From positions 1 through 64,000 of the forward strand of contig MTMD02000014.1 of assembly GCA_002010065.2 (NCBI GenBank): a stretch of 64,000 bases of DNA. The letters are read 5' to 3'. Positions within the stretch are counted from its first letter, which is position 1. The number at the start of each line of letters is the position of its first letter. Below are positions 20,279-30,892 of this stretch, in pieces. The translations under genes were made by a program, and so were the position numbers. This DNA is from Candidatus Pyrohabitans jungbluthii. GTDB lineage: Archaea > Hydrothermarchaeota > Hydrothermarchaeia > Hydrothermarchaeales > BMS3B. Below the pieces are notes generated by a model, which was given only the letters and a program-made list of their open reading frames with translations, was not told where the DNA came from and did not search any database.

Positions 20279-20449
20279 TCCAGGGGAGGGAATACCCCTC
20301 CCTTCGTCACGCCGGAAGCTTTGCTTCCGGGTAACTTAGGTTAACCCCACCCCGACAGGGATACAATGGTAAATGCGGTGGAAACATAGCGGTATTGAGT
20401 GCAGCGAAATACCGCAATATGTTGATGCAACTGACTGCAGTTGCGTTCT

Positions 20450-20467
20450 GAATCCGCCCCGGCCCAT
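20450..20467 (+). repeat. att-like copy of the tRNA-Val 3' end
   Basis: GAATCCGCCCCGGCCCAT, identical to 20262-20279. Confidence 0.85.
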
Positions 20468-20519
20468 TGCCTGCGAAAATTAATTAAGAGGTTATCATAT
20501 ATTATTATCCTCAGAACAC

Positions 20520-20593
20520 GCGGCCGTAGTATAGCCTGGCTAGTACACGAGCCTGCCACGCTTGTAGCCCGGGTTCAAATCCCGGCGGCCGCA
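20520..20593 (+). tRNA. tRNA-Gly(GCC)
   Basis: GCGGCCG/CGGCCGC acceptor stem; anticodon arm CGAGC-CTGCCAC-GCTTG. Confidence 0.95.
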
Positions 20594-20618
20594 TACTATT
20601 CAAATACTTCTACTAGTT

Positions 20619-23084
20619 CTACTTTCTCAGGGGCAGTGTGAAGTAGAAGGTGGAGCCTTTTCCGACCTCGCTTTTCACCCAGATTTTACCCCCGTGTGCT
20701 TCTATTATCTGCTTCGTGAGTGCCAGGCCTGTACCCGTGCCACCATATCGCCTGGTAGAGCTCGAATCCAGCTGCGTTAGCGGCTCAAATATCTCTTCAT
20801 ATCTATCCTCCGGTATGCCTATACCGGTATCGCTCACCCTCACCACCACGGCGTCGTCCTCTTTCTCTGTCTCAATCTTAACCTCACCCCCTTCGCGGTT
20901 GAACTTTATGGCGTTGTCTATGAGATGGGCTACAGCACGCTGGATATAACGGAAGTCTGCATACACCTCCCCGGTGTAATTAAGGTTAACCTTTATCTCA
21001 ATCTTCCTGCTGTGTGCATACTCTTCTTTCGCCTCAACTGCCGCTGAAATTATCTCCTCTATTTTTGCATTTTCAAATTTCAGGTGAAAATCTCCCCCAT
21101 GGATATTCGCAAATGTGATGAAGTCGCCAACAATGCAATCAAGGCGGAGAAGTGCATTAAGAACAGAATTAAGCTCATACCTGCGCACATCCTCGTCCTC
21201 CTCTTCAAGGGCGAGTTCCACAAAGCCCTTGGCAATGGTTATAGGCGTGCGAAGCTCGTGGCTCACGTTGGCTATAATGTTGTTTTTGAGCTCGTTAATG
21301 CTTTTCAGCTCCTCGTAGGCTTGCTTTAGTTCGTCATGAGCCCTCTCAAGCTTCTGGTAGAGTTCAGCCCTTTCCACGGTGCTTCCAATCTGCCTAGCAA
21401 ACCTCATAAGGCGCTCGGCATCCTGCAACGTTAGCTCGCGCCGGGCGCCAATCCAGACAACTCCGATAACCGCCTCTCCACTCTCCAGAGGCACTGCCAG
21501 TACCTTTTTAATACCAGAAAGCGTAGCTATGCGCGCAATCAGCTTCTCCAGTTCACCCCCGCTTTTGTGCTCCCTTACAAGCCTCTCAACATCTGCGGTT
21601 ATTATGTATCTCCTCCTGGCGACTATGTCCTCGAAGAGACCACCTTTAGTTATGGGGAGCCTGTACCCCACTGGCGAGTGTCTCGCAAGCTTCAGTTCCT
21701 CCACAATCTCCGGAGGTGCACTGTAAGCTGCAACCTTGAGGGAGTCCTTGCTATCGCTAAGTCGGTACCCCACTGCAATATCGTAACCAAAGGTGTCCCG
21801 CAGCCTGTCAACTATCATCTGAAATATCCTCTCAGGCGTTGCCCCTGCTGCAAGCATGCCTCCTGCTTCCCTCAAAATCCTCTCTTCCTCCTCCCACTCA
21901 ACCCGCTCTGTGACATCTCGCGATATGTGCACAATGCTGACCACCTCCCCGCCCTCGTTGATAAGTGGAGAGGCAACTATTTCTACATACCGCTTCCTGC
22001 CGGAATTATCTTGGTGAGCGTGCAGAGCACTTACAGTTTTACCTGTAGAAAGAACCTCCTCAAGGGGGCAGAGTTCTCTAAGGGTGGAGCATGGCTGACC
22101 TCTGCGATAGATAACCTCATAACATTTTTTCCCAACCACCTCTTCACGTCTCAGGCCTTCTGCTTTCAGGAAATAACGGTTCACCTCTAGGATATTGAAG
22201 TCCCTGTCTATAACAAGGAGGGAATCCATCATGCTGTCTATAACTGCACGGATGTGATGCTCGCGCTCTTTAACCTCATCGAAAAGCTGTGCGTTCATAA
22301 CAGCAACCCCTATAGCCTCGCCTATTGCTGTGAGGAGCCTCAAATCATCCTCTGTAACCAGCCTTTTAGACCTGAAGGCGACAGTTATCACGCCTAGCCT
22401 TCGTAGCCCCGTCTCTATTGGAACACTCACCGCCGTGCTTAACCCCTCCTCTTTTGCAAACTCCATGAAAACACGCTCAGCATCTCCTGTGCTTGAGGGC
22501 ATGCTATTTGAGGGCAGCACTCTGATGTGTTCCAGCAGCTTCCCGCTCAGCCCGTAGTGGGCTGCGAGCTGAAGCTTATCTCCATTCCCAAGATGCACAG
22601 TCCCTGCGTCTGCCTTCATAACTCTGAGAATCTCTCTCAAGGCTGAGTTCAGGATCTCATCCAGCTTCAGCGAGGACGACGCCGCTCTGGTGGTGCTGTA
22701 TAAAGCTTCTAGCTCTTCGCTGCGTTTTCTTATCGCCTCCTCTGCGCGCCTTCGCAGCGCAATATCTCTGTAAATCTTCTCCAGATTCTGATACATCAGC
22801 GCAAATATGCCTACGGCGATAAAAGTAAGCGTATTAACCGCTCCGGACACAGGAGAGATAGCATTCCATAACTCCTCTTTCCCCAAAAAAAGAAGCATCC
22901 TCTGAACCATGTGCCCGAAGTAGCGCGACACAGCAAAAATAGCAAAAACCACTGCCTGCCCGTATAGGTAGAGCCACAGGGATTCCCCTCTTTCCCTCTG
23001 ATAGAGCCTCCGGGCATGCCTCACGGCAAGAAGGCTGAGGGGGATGATAAGAATGCTGCCCACGATGTCAAATGCCAGGTTCAT
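20619..23084 (-). CDS. Membrane sensor histidine kinase (TM-GAF-PAS-GAF-HisKA-HATPase)
   Basis: SHELRTP H-box, NAIKF, DTGIGI and GGTGTGL; PAS with GKKCY...PC...CP; three N-terminal TMs. Confidence 0.92.
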   Translation of the reverse strand: MNLAFDIVGSILIIPLSLLAVRHARRLYQRERGESLWLYLYGQAVVFAIFAVSRYFGHMVQRMLLFLGKEELWNAISPVSGAVNTLTFIAVGIFALMYQNLEKIYRDIALRRRAEEAIRKRSEELEALYSTTRAASSSLKLDEILNSALREILRVMKADAGTVHLGNGDKLQLAAHYGLSGKLLEHIRVLPSNSMPSSTGDAERVFMEFAKEEGLSTAVSVPIETGLRRLGVITVAFRSKRLVTEDDLRLLTAIGEAIGVAVMNAQLFDEVKEREHHIRAVIDSMMDSLLVIDRDFNILEVNRYFLKAEGLRREEVVGKKCYEVIYRRGQPCSTLRELCPLEEVLSTGKTVSALHAHQDNSGRKRYVEIVASPLINEGGEVVSIVHISRDVTERVEWEEEERILREAGGMLAAGATPERIFQMIVDRLRDTFGYDIAVGYRLSDSKDSLKVAAYSAPPEIVEELKLARHSPVGYRLPITKGGLFEDIVARRRYIITADVERLVREHKSGGELEKLIARIATLSGIKKVLAVPLESGEAVIGVVWIGARRELTLQDAERLMRFARQIGSTVERAELYQKLERAHDELKQAYEELKSINELKNNIIANVSHELRTPITIAKGFVELALEEEDEDVRRYELNSVLNALLRLDCIVGDFITFANIHGGDFHLKFENAKIEEIISAAVEAKEEYAHSRKIEIKVNLNYTGEVYADFRYIQRAVAHLIDNAIKFNREGGEVKIETEKEDDAVVVRVSDTGIGIPEDRYEEIFEPLTQLDSSSTRRYGGTGTGLALTKQIIEAHGGKIWVKSEVGKGSTFYFTLPLRK

Positions 23085-23085
23085 A

Positions 23086-23574
23086 CTAATTAGAAGCTCT
23101 GCGTTCAAGGGTATCACCCCTCGCGGCGCCCTGGGCAAGGGCTCTAACTCCCGAAAGGAAGAATAACATCCCGCTCACTGCAAGCACGTGGTCAAGGAGG
23201 CAGCCTACATAGTACACCTTTGCGGGGAGCGTCTCAATAAACTCATCTCCAGAGAGTGTCTCGCTGGTGAGATACTCCCCTGCTATGTGTGTGAAAATAG
23301 TGTCGACATTCCACAGGGCAAATATCATAGCGCTTATTCCTATGTCACGCCATCCACCTCCATAGCCAGAAGTTCTTATCCTGATAAAAAGAACAACCAT
23401 AGAAAAAAGAAAGAAGATGTGGGCAATGAGATGTGCCACCATACCTTCTGGTTGTTTATGAACCTGTACAGCGAAGGCGGATGGCAGAATGATTGAGAAT
23501 ATGATTATCTGAAAAAATACCCTGATTAAAAGCCGTCTCAGGGAGGGGAGTCCATTCCTACCAGTAAGAGCCAT
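23086..23574 (-). CDS. His-rich membrane protein, probable kinase accessory
   Basis: [19 protein letters not shown]...WNVDTIFTH...LDH; ends 1 bp before the kinase start. Confidence 0.7.
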   Translation of the reverse strand: MALTGRNGLPSLRRLLIRVFFQIIIFSIILPSAFAVQVHKQPEGMVAHLIAHIFFLFSMVVLFIRIRTSGYGGGWRDIGISAMIFALWNVDTIFTHIAGEYLTSETLSGDEFIETLPAKVYYVGCLLDHVLAVSGMLFFLSGVRALAQGAARGDTLERRASN

Positions 23575-23688
23575 TGAAAATTTTTGATACCTGCGAGTAT
23601 ATAAATTTTTCTGTAATATATTAAAATATATTTTAACATGTTTCATTTGGCGCACCCTTTATATACCTGTAGAATTGAGTGGAAGAGC

Positions 23689-24483
23689 ATGAAGCAGAGC
23701 ACAAAGCTCATCGTAGCACTCTTTGTTGTAGCGGTTGTTGCCGCTGGCTTTATTCCGCTTGAGAAGGAAGATATAAAAAAACCTGGGCCAAAGGAGAAGC
23801 TTGAAAAGGAGCTTCTAAAACACGGAGTGGTGCTGGAGGACTACTACACCACCACAGTGGCAGAGCTGGAGAAGGCGCTGGGTGTCAACATTTCAGTCAA
23901 GGGAAGCGAGAGGGTTGGCTTTGTGATGCTCCGCTCACCCCTCAAGGATGAGGCTTCTGTTTTTGAGCAAACCCTTGAAGCTGTTGTATCTGCCTTTCCC
24001 GAGGTGGAGGCGGTGGCGATGCTCCGCCTCGACAGTGAACCTAAGAAGCTGGTGTACGCTCCGGTAGAGGTGCGGAGCTATGCGAATATGCAGAAGCTTC
24101 CGCTGGAGATGAGCAGGCTGCTCGACAGGGATTCGAGGGCACAGCTTATAGCCAAAGCCTTGGCTGAGAATGGCGTAAATGCACAGAAGGTTTACATACT
24201 CACCCCCGAGGAGGCTGCCAACCTCAACGCAAGCCTGAGCGATACGGGCGAGGTCGCCCTTCTCGCGCTGGTAATCCCGAGAGAGGAGTTTCCGGGCAAG
24301 CTGTTCGAAGCCTTCGGCATAGCCTTTGAGGTGGATAAGGAAATAAATACTGTGGTGGCGGGCAACCTGCTCGCGAAGAAGGCGAAGGCTATCACCTTCT
24401 ACTACATTACGAGAGAGGAGTACGAGAAGAGAGAGGCTCTGAAGCTTGAGGAGCTTCCGACGATAGAGATACCGGTGGAATAG
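23689..24483 (+). CDS. Hypothetical exported protein with an apparent internal duplication
   Basis: N-terminal signal/TM segment; host-like codon usage. Confidence 0.7.
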   Translation: MKQSTKLIVALFVVAVVAAGFIPLEKEDIKKPGPKEKLEKELLKHGVVLEDYYTTTVAELEKALGVNISVKGSERVGFVMLRSPLKDEASVFEQTLEAVVSAFPEVEAVAMLRLDSEPKKLVYAPVEVRSYANMQKLPLEMSRLLDRDSRAQLIAKALAENGVNAQKVYILTPEEAANLNASLSDTGEVALLALVIPREEFPGKLFEAFGIAFEVDKEINTVVAGNLLAKKAKAITFYYITREEYEKREALKLEELPTIEIPVE

Positions 24484-24745
24484 ATTGATTATTCCACCCA
24501 TCAGTGATGATAAATATAGAGACTACAAAGAGAACGAGAAAAAAAGGATTGGCCAACAGAAATGTCAGCCATATCCCCTCCACTATATCAAGTGGATATA
24601 TAGCTTCATTGCATAAAAAAATTTCGAAATAATACTATAAATTTGGGACTTACTTACATTTAACTTTCACAGTGCCAAACATAAAATTTTTATAGAGACT
24701 TTGACTAACTAATAATGATAATCGTAGTTGTGCGAGGTGTTGGTT

Positions 24746-26326
24746 ATGGGGAAGATTGCAACTTTTTTACTTGGTGTCTTGCTTTTTGCCCTAGGCAGTG
24801 TGAGTGCCTTCGACCATAGTACGGTTATAGATAAGTATGAGGGTTCGAAAACCTGCATTGGCTGCCATGAAGATGAAGTAAAGGATGTTTTCAACTCCTT
24901 CCACTACCAGTGGGCGGGTGAGATCACTGACATAGCTGGTAAAGGTAGCGTAGTACATGGAAAGAGGTATGCCTACAACGACTTCTGCGGTGCGGTCTTC
25001 TACAACGGAGAAGTTCCAATAAACTGGATAGGAAATGCAACTTTGAAAAAACCTCCTGAAGGTAAAGAAGAGTTAAAGGGGAAGGTTGTTGGTCAGGGAT
25101 GTTCAACATGTCATATAGGCCTAGGCCTTGTTCCAAGTAAGGAACCAACTCAAGAACAGCTTGAAAATATAGACTGCTTCATATGCCACGTCCCCGGTTA
25201 TGATAAAAAGAGCAGAATCCTTGTAAAGGAAGGAGATAAGTTTAAGAGGATACCAAATCCCAACCTAGACTACAAGGAGCTTGCCAAGAAGATTCAGAAA
25301 AAACCGGCTAAGGAGAACTGCCTAACATGTCATGCCTTCTCTGGAGGCGGTCCAGGATTTAAGAGACCAAATTTAGAGCCAGCTTTAATCGGCAATGTGT
25401 CTGAAAGCATAGATGTTCACATGGCTAGAGGATTGAACTGCGTGGATTGCCATCCAGTAAAGGAGCATAAATTTGGTGTAAAGGCTATGGACACATGGGT
25501 AAGGGAGCTAGAGGAGAGACCAAGCTGTGAAAACTGTCATACAGATGCTCCGCATGGAAACGATATATTGAACAAGCATACAAAAACAGTTGCCTGTCAG
25601 ACATGCCATATACCAAAGTTTGCCAAGAAGTTTAAGATAGATGTAAAGAGGGACTGGAGCGGCAAGGCTGAGTTCAACGAAAAGCTTGGTAGATGGGAGC
25701 CTGAAATTGAGCTTGGAGGCAATGTAACGCCTGTATATTCATGGTGGAACAGCAAGGATAGGGAAGCCTATCTGTATCCTGAGCCTTTAAAGCTTGAAAA
25801 CGGTAAGTTCTACTTCTTCAAACCAGTTGGTTCTATAGATGACCCAGGATCAAAGATATACCCATTCAAGTACCATGAAACAGTTGTTCCAATAGACAAG
25901 GAAAAAAACATACCAGTACCTGTTAAGGTGGGAGTTGTTTTTGCAACAGGAAACACTACCCTTGGTATAATGAAGGCAGCACAACAAAGTGGGCTTAAGT
26001 TTACAGGAGACTTTGTAACAGAAGTGAGATATATGGCTATAAATCATGGAGTGGAGCCTAAGGAAAACGCACTACAGTGCAACGATTGCCATGGCGGCAA
26101 CAGACTTGACTGGACAGCCCTAGGATATAAGGGAGATCCAATGCAGGTTGGTGGAAGATTCAAGGCTGAAGAAGTGCCAAAGGAAGTTGAAAAACCCAAA
26201 GACGTGGAAAAGCCCGAGGAAGAAGTTCCACCAGAGAAAAAGGGAATCTGTGGACCAAGCATGCTTATAGGGATTGCACTTATTCCGCTAGCGATCTATG
26301 CATCTATTAGAAGATCTCCCAAATAA
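24746..26326 (+). CDS. Octaheme cytochrome c, tetrathionate reductase (Otr)-like, with CGP-CTERM-like anchor
   Basis: Eight CxxCH motifs; HYQW...GK-x4-NDFC (Otr-type Lys region), DVHM, VACQTCHIP, KIYPFK and INHGV-x-P; C-terminal GICGPS-TM-RR. Confidence 0.88.
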   Translation: MGKIATFLLGVLLFALGSVSAFDHSTVIDKYEGSKTCIGCHEDEVKDVFNSFHYQWAGEITDIAGKGSVVHGKRYAYNDFCGAVFYNGEVPINWIGNATLKKPPEGKEELKGKVVGQGCSTCHIGLGLVPSKEPTQEQLENIDCFICHVPGYDKKSRILVKEGDKFKRIPNPNLDYKELAKKIQKKPAKENCLTCHAFSGGGPGFKRPNLEPALIGNVSESIDVHMARGLNCVDCHPVKEHKFGVKAMDTWVRELEERPSCENCHTDAPHGNDILNKHTKTVACQTCHIPKFAKKFKIDVKRDWSGKAEFNEKLGRWEPEIELGGNVTPVYSWWNSKDREAYLYPEPLKLENGKFYFFKPVGSIDDPGSKIYPFKYHETVVPIDKEKNIPVPVKVGVVFATGNTTLGIMKAAQQSGLKFTGDFVTEVRYMAINHGVEPKENALQCNDCHGGNRLDWTALGYKGDPMQVGGRFKAEEVPKEVEKPKDVEKPEEEVPPEKKGICGPSMLIGIALIPLAIYASIRRSPK

Positions 26327-26574
26327 TTTTTGATTTTTTAATTTCTGTTTTATTTTGATCAAAACATATATCTGAAGTTTCTATAAGCGGCGTTGAAATT
26401 CCTCACAAACATGAGTGTTGACATTCTTGAGTAATAAGGGAGTTGGGGATGTGGTAGTTCTTTAACAAGTTTCAGGAAAAACTTGAAGAAAGAAGATCCA
26501 AAAAAGTGGTGGAAGAGAGCAGCCCAACTCGCTATCTTATTCGTTATGTCATTTGAGATCCATATTGAGCAAAA

Positions 26575-27876
26575 TCACCTAAGCACAAGACTCTTAAGCC
26601 TCTCGCATATTACCCCCATAACGGTGCAGGTTTCCAGGGGTATGCCGTGGCCAGTGAGTTCAACATGCTTTTCAGCCATTTTCAGAAACCTCTTAGGCAA
26701 GCCCTTCCTTCCCAGCCCCATGACTAGGCACGCTCTGCTCCCTTGCTCAACAATCTTTTCGATATCCACCTTTTTCTTTTCACCAGGCTTTGAGGTCGTG
26801 GCGATAAGCTCACCCACTTCAGGAAGGATGTTGTTATCTGGGTAGGGGAGGACAATGAGGCGGCCCTCCTCCTTTAGAAGTTTGAGATAGGCCCCTCCTT
26901 TACCTATATTTGTTTCGGCAGATACCCTATCAACAGCCTCCTCTTCATTTTCAAAGGGAAATCCGAAGAGCACAAGCTTCATGCCGTACGCATAGCACAG
27001 CGGCGCAGCCCTGGCAACTGTTCTAGTGTGCACCGCATGCAGAGAGCCATGGTAGGTATTGTAGAGTCCCAGGGAGAACCTCTCCATGCCCTTAAGCTCA
27101 GGCGCCCTCGGCACAGCCTCCTGCGCTGGGCGCGTTTCCGCTACTCTCGCTTTGATGCGCTCTCTTCTCGGTCTAACATTGGCTGCGCCTTTTTCTGGGG
27201 GCAATTCCACTCCCAGCTCCTTTAAAGTCTCATCCACGTCGCTTTTATCCGCCGGCTTAAGTTCCAGACCGCGCAGGTAAAGAAGGATTTTAGCGGCATC
27301 TTCGGTGCGCGCTATGCGGGATATTACCTCCCTAACACCCATGCCGTGCTCAATCCCAAGCTTCGAAGCAATTTTAAGTGCCTTTATTCTCCTATTCCCC
27401 TCCAGCTTTTTAATCTTCTCAAAGGCTTCGTCTCCCTTTTCAGCTGAGAAGTGGGCTTTTATAGTCTGCTTCATTGGGGCATAGTAGTGCCTTGGGCTTT
27501 CAATTTCTGCAACAAGGTCAAAAAGCCTGCCCAGGTTTTTTTCACCTGCCCTCCTCATCCTCTTTGCAATCACCTCCAGAATCTCTGCCCTCCTCCATTC
27601 CTGGGGAACTTCGCCAGCCTTCTTCAGGGCAAGGCGGAAGTACTTTCTATATTCTTTCTTACCTTCCAGGGTGCCCCTTGCTGCGATGTAGCTTATAACC
27701 TCGGCGCTGTAGTAGCTGTCTGGGATTTTTATCGCTGCATCCAGAACAGGATTCAGGTTATCGACTTTTCCGAAGGATTCCCTGAATATCCTCTTTAGAC
27801 CACGGCTATATGATGGAATGTGGCTTGCTTTAAGCCTTTTAATCTTCCTCTTAAGTTTATTCTTTGAATCTGCCAT
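26575..27876 (-). CDS. DUF531-like (putative SPOUT methyltransferase) with a helical N-terminal extension
   Basis: LGLYNTY...ARAAPLCYAY...FPF; TTSKP; GLGRKGLP; LETCT. Confidence 0.75.
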   Translation of the reverse strand: MADSKNKLKRKIKRLKASHIPSYSRGLKRIFRESFGKVDNLNPVLDAAIKIPDSYYSAEVISYIAARGTLEGKKEYRKYFRLALKKAGEVPQEWRRAEILEVIAKRMRRAGEKNLGRLFDLVAEIESPRHYYAPMKQTIKAHFSAEKGDEAFEKIKKLEGNRRIKALKIASKLGIEHGMGVREVISRIARTEDAAKILLYLRGLELKPADKSDVDETLKELGVELPPEKGAANVRPRRERIKARVAETRPAQEAVPRAPELKGMERFSLGLYNTYHGSLHAVHTRTVARAAPLCYAYGMKLVLFGFPFENEEEAVDRVSAETNIGKGGAYLKLLKEEGRLIVLPYPDNNILPEVGELIATTSKPGEKKKVDIEKIVEQGSRACLVMGLGRKGLPKRFLKMAEKHVELTGHGIPLETCTVMGVICERLKSLVLR

Positions 27877-28098
27877 GATTACACGTTTTCAATTTTAAAT
27901 AAATGTCTCTGTTCCAAGAGCTGCAAGCTTATTAATACATTCTGAGCCTCTGTTATACCCATGATTTCACAAAAGCTTTTTAGTTCGATTGCCGTAGTTG
28001 ACCACCTCTCCTTTCTGAAGATTCATGCCTTTAACGATAAAAAATGGCATAAAAATTAATAGTCTATCCCCTGAAGTGAATGGAGGTTTAAATAAAAG

Positions 28099-28785
28099 AT
28101 GCTCCACGTGGTCATAGCCGAGGCAGAGGTTGAGCTTGTACCCGCGAAGATAGCCAGGCACCCTGTGATAAAGAAGGAAGCTGCGCGAAGGCGGAAGAAA
28201 CCTGAGGCGATGCTTCTCGACTCCTCGGTGCACCACGCAGCGATGCGCAGCCTCACCGATGGCAAAAGGCGGGGGCGACCGGACATAGCTCACTACACTC
28301 TGCTTGCTCTGCTTGAATCGCCCCTCAACAAGCAGGGCATGCTGAGATGCTACCTGCACACCCGTAACGACGAGGTGATCTTCATAAACCCGGAGACCCG
28401 CCTCCCTCGCGCCTGTCAGCGCTTCCGCGGGCTGATGGAGAAGCTTTTTGCAGAGGGTAAGATAACCTCCGGCGAGGTTATGCTGCTGGAGATGAAGCGC
28501 ATGGGCATAGCTCAGCTTGTGCGCAACATTGGCTCAGAGCACGTGGTGCTTCTCAGCGAAGACGGACGCGAAGCCGAGCCCTGGGAGCTTGCTGCTAAGC
28601 TCGTGAGCAAACGCAACCCCTGCGTTATAATAGGCGGCTTTCCCAGTGGTGGCTTTAGGGGCGACTACAGCTTCGCCCACGAGCGCATATCAATATTCCC
28701 CTCCCCCTTAGCGGCGTGGAGCGTTGCCGCCGAGGTTGTGAGCAGCTACAGAAGGTGTATTGCAGATGCGAAAACGCAACCTTAA
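28099..28785 (+). CDS. nep1: 16S rRNA pseudouridine N1-methyltransferase Nep1/EMG1
   Basis: LLDSSVH, RGRPDI, RLPR and IGGFP motifs. Confidence 0.93.
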   Translation: MLHVVIAEAEVELVPAKIARHPVIKKEAARRRKKPEAMLLDSSVHHAAMRSLTDGKRRGRPDIAHYTLLALLESPLNKQGMLRCYLHTRNDEVIFINPETRLPRACQRFRGLMEKLFAEGKITSGEVMLLEMKRMGIAQLVRNIGSEHVVLLSEDGREAEPWELAAKLVSKRNPCVIIGGFPSGGFRGDYSFAHERISIFPSPLAAWSVAAEVVSSYRRCIADAKTQP

Positions 28786-29122
28786 GCTGGAGCGTCGCAT
28801 AGCGAGAGAGCGTATAGAGATACTCATGCAGCTTGCGAGAGAGGTCTTTCGCAACGACCCAGCGCTGGCGAAGCGCTATGTGGAGCTTGCAAGAAAGATT
28901 GCAATGCGTTACAACGTTAGGTTTCCCAGGAAGTGGAAGAGATTCTTCTGCAAAGCTTGCGGGAGTTTTCTTGTGCCAGGCGTAAACATGCGGGTGCGCT
29001 GCACAAAGCAGCGTGTCGTCATCACCTGTCTGGAATGTGGGCATGTGAAGCGCATACCCTACATAAGGGAAAAGAAGGCGATGAAAAATGAAGCTAAGCT
29101 CAAAGGAGAGGAAAAAGTTTAA
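28766..29122 (+). CDS. rnp4: RNase P protein component 4 (Rpp21)
   Basis: IARERI, RYVELARKI, CKAC...CLECG. Confidence 0.93.
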   Translation: MRKRNLKLERRIARERIEILMQLAREVFRNDPALAKRYVELARKIAMRYNVRFPRKWKRFFCKACGSFLVPGVNMRVRCTKQRVVITCLECGHVKRIPYIREKKAMKNEAKLKGEEKV

Positions 29123-29378
29123 AAGGGAGTTGCACCATAGCAGGGCAAGCGTAATAATTGGCAAGGGTGGAGCAGCCTCGGCTATGGCTGAGGTTGATCG
29201 CCAGCTTGAGGATAAGGAGCTAATAAAGGTAAAGGTGCTTAAGAGCGCCGCCGCTGAGAAAAGCACAGCCGAGATTGCAAAAGAGATTGCAGATGCTACT
29301 AACGCCGAGGTAGTTGAGGTTATAGGCAAAACCTTCGGCTTATTCAGACCAAGAAGGAAAAAACGCAAGGAGGTTTAG
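29088..29378 (+). CDS. YhbY/CRM RNA-binding protein
   Basis: IGKGG, ELIKVK and VIGKT motifs. Confidence 0.9.
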   Translation: MKLSSKERKKFKRELHHSRASVIIGKGGAASAMAEVDRQLEDKELIKVKVLKSAAAEKSTAEIAKEIADATNAEVVEVIGKTFGLFRPRRKKRKEV

Positions 29379-29379
29379 C

Positions 29380-29820
29380 ATGGCAACAGTTTATGATGTT
29401 CCAGCTTCTGAGCTTATCCGCGAACTGTCAGCGGAACTGAAGAAAATTAAGACAATAAAGCCTCCTGAATGGGCCGCCTTCGTGAAGACGGGCGCAAATC
29501 GGGAGCGCGCTCCAACGCAGAAGGACTGGTGGTATACCCGCGCGGCGTCGGTGCTGAGAAAGATTCATATTCATGGTCCTGTAGGCATTCAAACCCTGCG
29601 CCGCTGGTATGGTGGAAGGAAGAACTGCGGCTGTGCTCCAGACGCCGTGCGAAGGGGAAGTGGCTCTGTAATTAGGAATATTCTGAAGCAGCTTGAGGCC
29701 GCTGGTCTGGTTGAGAAGACTGAGCAGGGGCGCAAAACCACACCAAAGGCGATGAGCCTTCTCGATAAGACGGCAGCGAAAATAATCCGCCGCAGACCAG
29801 AGCTTCAGAGGTACAGGTGA
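29380..29820 (+). CDS. rps19e: 30S ribosomal protein S19e
   Basis: TVYDVP, PEWAAFVKTG and WWYTRAAS motifs. Confidence 0.97.
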   Translation: MATVYDVPASELIRELSAELKKIKTIKPPEWAAFVKTGANRERAPTQKDWWYTRAASVLRKIHIHGPVGIQTLRRWYGGRKNCGCAPDAVRRGSGSVIRNILKQLEAAGLVEKTEQGRKTTPKAMSLLDKTAAKIIRRRPELQRYR

Positions 29821-29824
29821 TTTT

Positions 29825-30148
29825 ATGGACGACCTGGAGGAGCTGAAGCGCAGGAAGCTTCTTGAACTTCAGCGTCAGCTTCAGGAAGAAGCACTGCGCC
29901 AGGAACAGCTCCGCCAGGTTGAGGAGCAGAAGCGCATTGTGCTCAAGAGCATACTCACGCCTGAGGCGAGGAGCAGGCTGAGCAACATAAAGATGGCACG
30001 CCCTGAGTTCGCTGCCCAGATTGAAGCCTTGCTGATTCAGCTCGCCCAAGCGGGGCAGGTGAAGCAGCGCATCACCGATGAGCAGCTGAAGGAAATCCTC
30101 CGACGCCTGAGCGCCAAAAAGCGGGATATAAAGATAAGAAGGATCTGA
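29825..30148 (+). CDS. PDCD5-like DNA-binding protein
   Basis: ILTPEARSRL...ITDEQLKEIL; conserved synteny. Confidence 0.93.
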   Translation: MDDLEELKRRKLLELQRQLQEEALRQEQLRQVEEQKRIVLKSILTPEARSRLSNIKMARPEFAAQIEALLIQLAQAGQVKQRITDEQLKEILRRLSAKKRDIKIRRI

Positions 30149-30747
30149 TGAAAGTTAGCCTGCTTTACAGCGGGGGCAAGGATAGCTCCCTCGCAGCTTG
30201 GATGCTCAGAAGGCTTGGCTACGAGGTTAAGCTGGTAACGGTGAGCTTTGGTTACGCTGATTTCGCCCACTACGCAAGGGAGAGCGCCCTTGCTTTGGGC
30301 TTTGAGCATGAGATAAAAAAGCTGAGCCAAGAGGTGCTAAGCCAAGCGTGCGAGCTCATCGCTGGCGATGGCTTTCCCAGGCGGGGGCTGCACCAGCTCC
30401 ACATCGCCGCGCTTGAAGCACTGGCAAAAGAGAGCGAAGCCATCGCAGACGGTACGCGCAGAGATGACCGCGTGCCAATGCCGACTCTGAGTGAGGTGCA
30501 GAGCATTGAGCAGCGCTATCGCGTTGCCTATATTGCGCCGCTGCGCGGATTTGGTGCGGCGAGCATAAAAAATTTAACCTCTCGCATATTCAATATTGAA
30601 TATGCACCCAGCGAAGCTTCGAAAAGCGCCGATTATGAGAAAGAGGTTAGAGCGTACCTCAAAGACAAGGGTTATGACGTTAACAAAATATTCCCCTCGC
30701 ATGTGCAGAGCAGGGTGATAGGTTATAAGGGTGAGAACGATGAGTAA
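30148..30747 (+). CDS. PP-loop ATPase superfamily protein
   Basis: [10 protein letters not shown] and DGTRRDDR; conserved synteny. Confidence 0.88.
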   Translation: MKVSLLYSGGKDSSLAAWMLRRLGYEVKLVTVSFGYADFAHYARESALALGFEHEIKKLSQEVLSQACELIAGDGFPRRGLHQLHIAALEALAKESEAIADGTRRDDRVPMPTLSEVQSIEQRYRVAYIAPLRGFGAASIKNLTSRIFNIEYAPSEASKSADYEKEVRAYLKDKGYDVNKIFPSHVQSRVIGYKGENDE

Positions 30748-30892
30748 AGTTTCACTGGCGAAAAAGCTGAGGCTGGCTAAAGCGATGAAGCAGAACCGCC
30801 CTGTCCCCGTGTGGGTTGTGGCGAAGACCATGGGCAGAGTGCGCACCCATCCCAAGCGCAGAAACTGGAGGAGAAGTAAGCTGAAGGTGTAG
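30740..30892 (+). CDS. rpl39e: 50S ribosomal protein L39e (absent from the ORF track)
   Basis: Manual translation [50 protein letters not shown]. Confidence 0.96.
   Translation: MSKVSLAKKLRLAKAMKQNRPVPVWVVAKTMGRVRTHPKRRNWRRSKLKV

Noticed and set aside
26165-26235. EEVPKEVEKPKDVEKPEEEVP repeats in the Otr-like gene
   Set aside because: A low-complexity linker before the membrane anchor.
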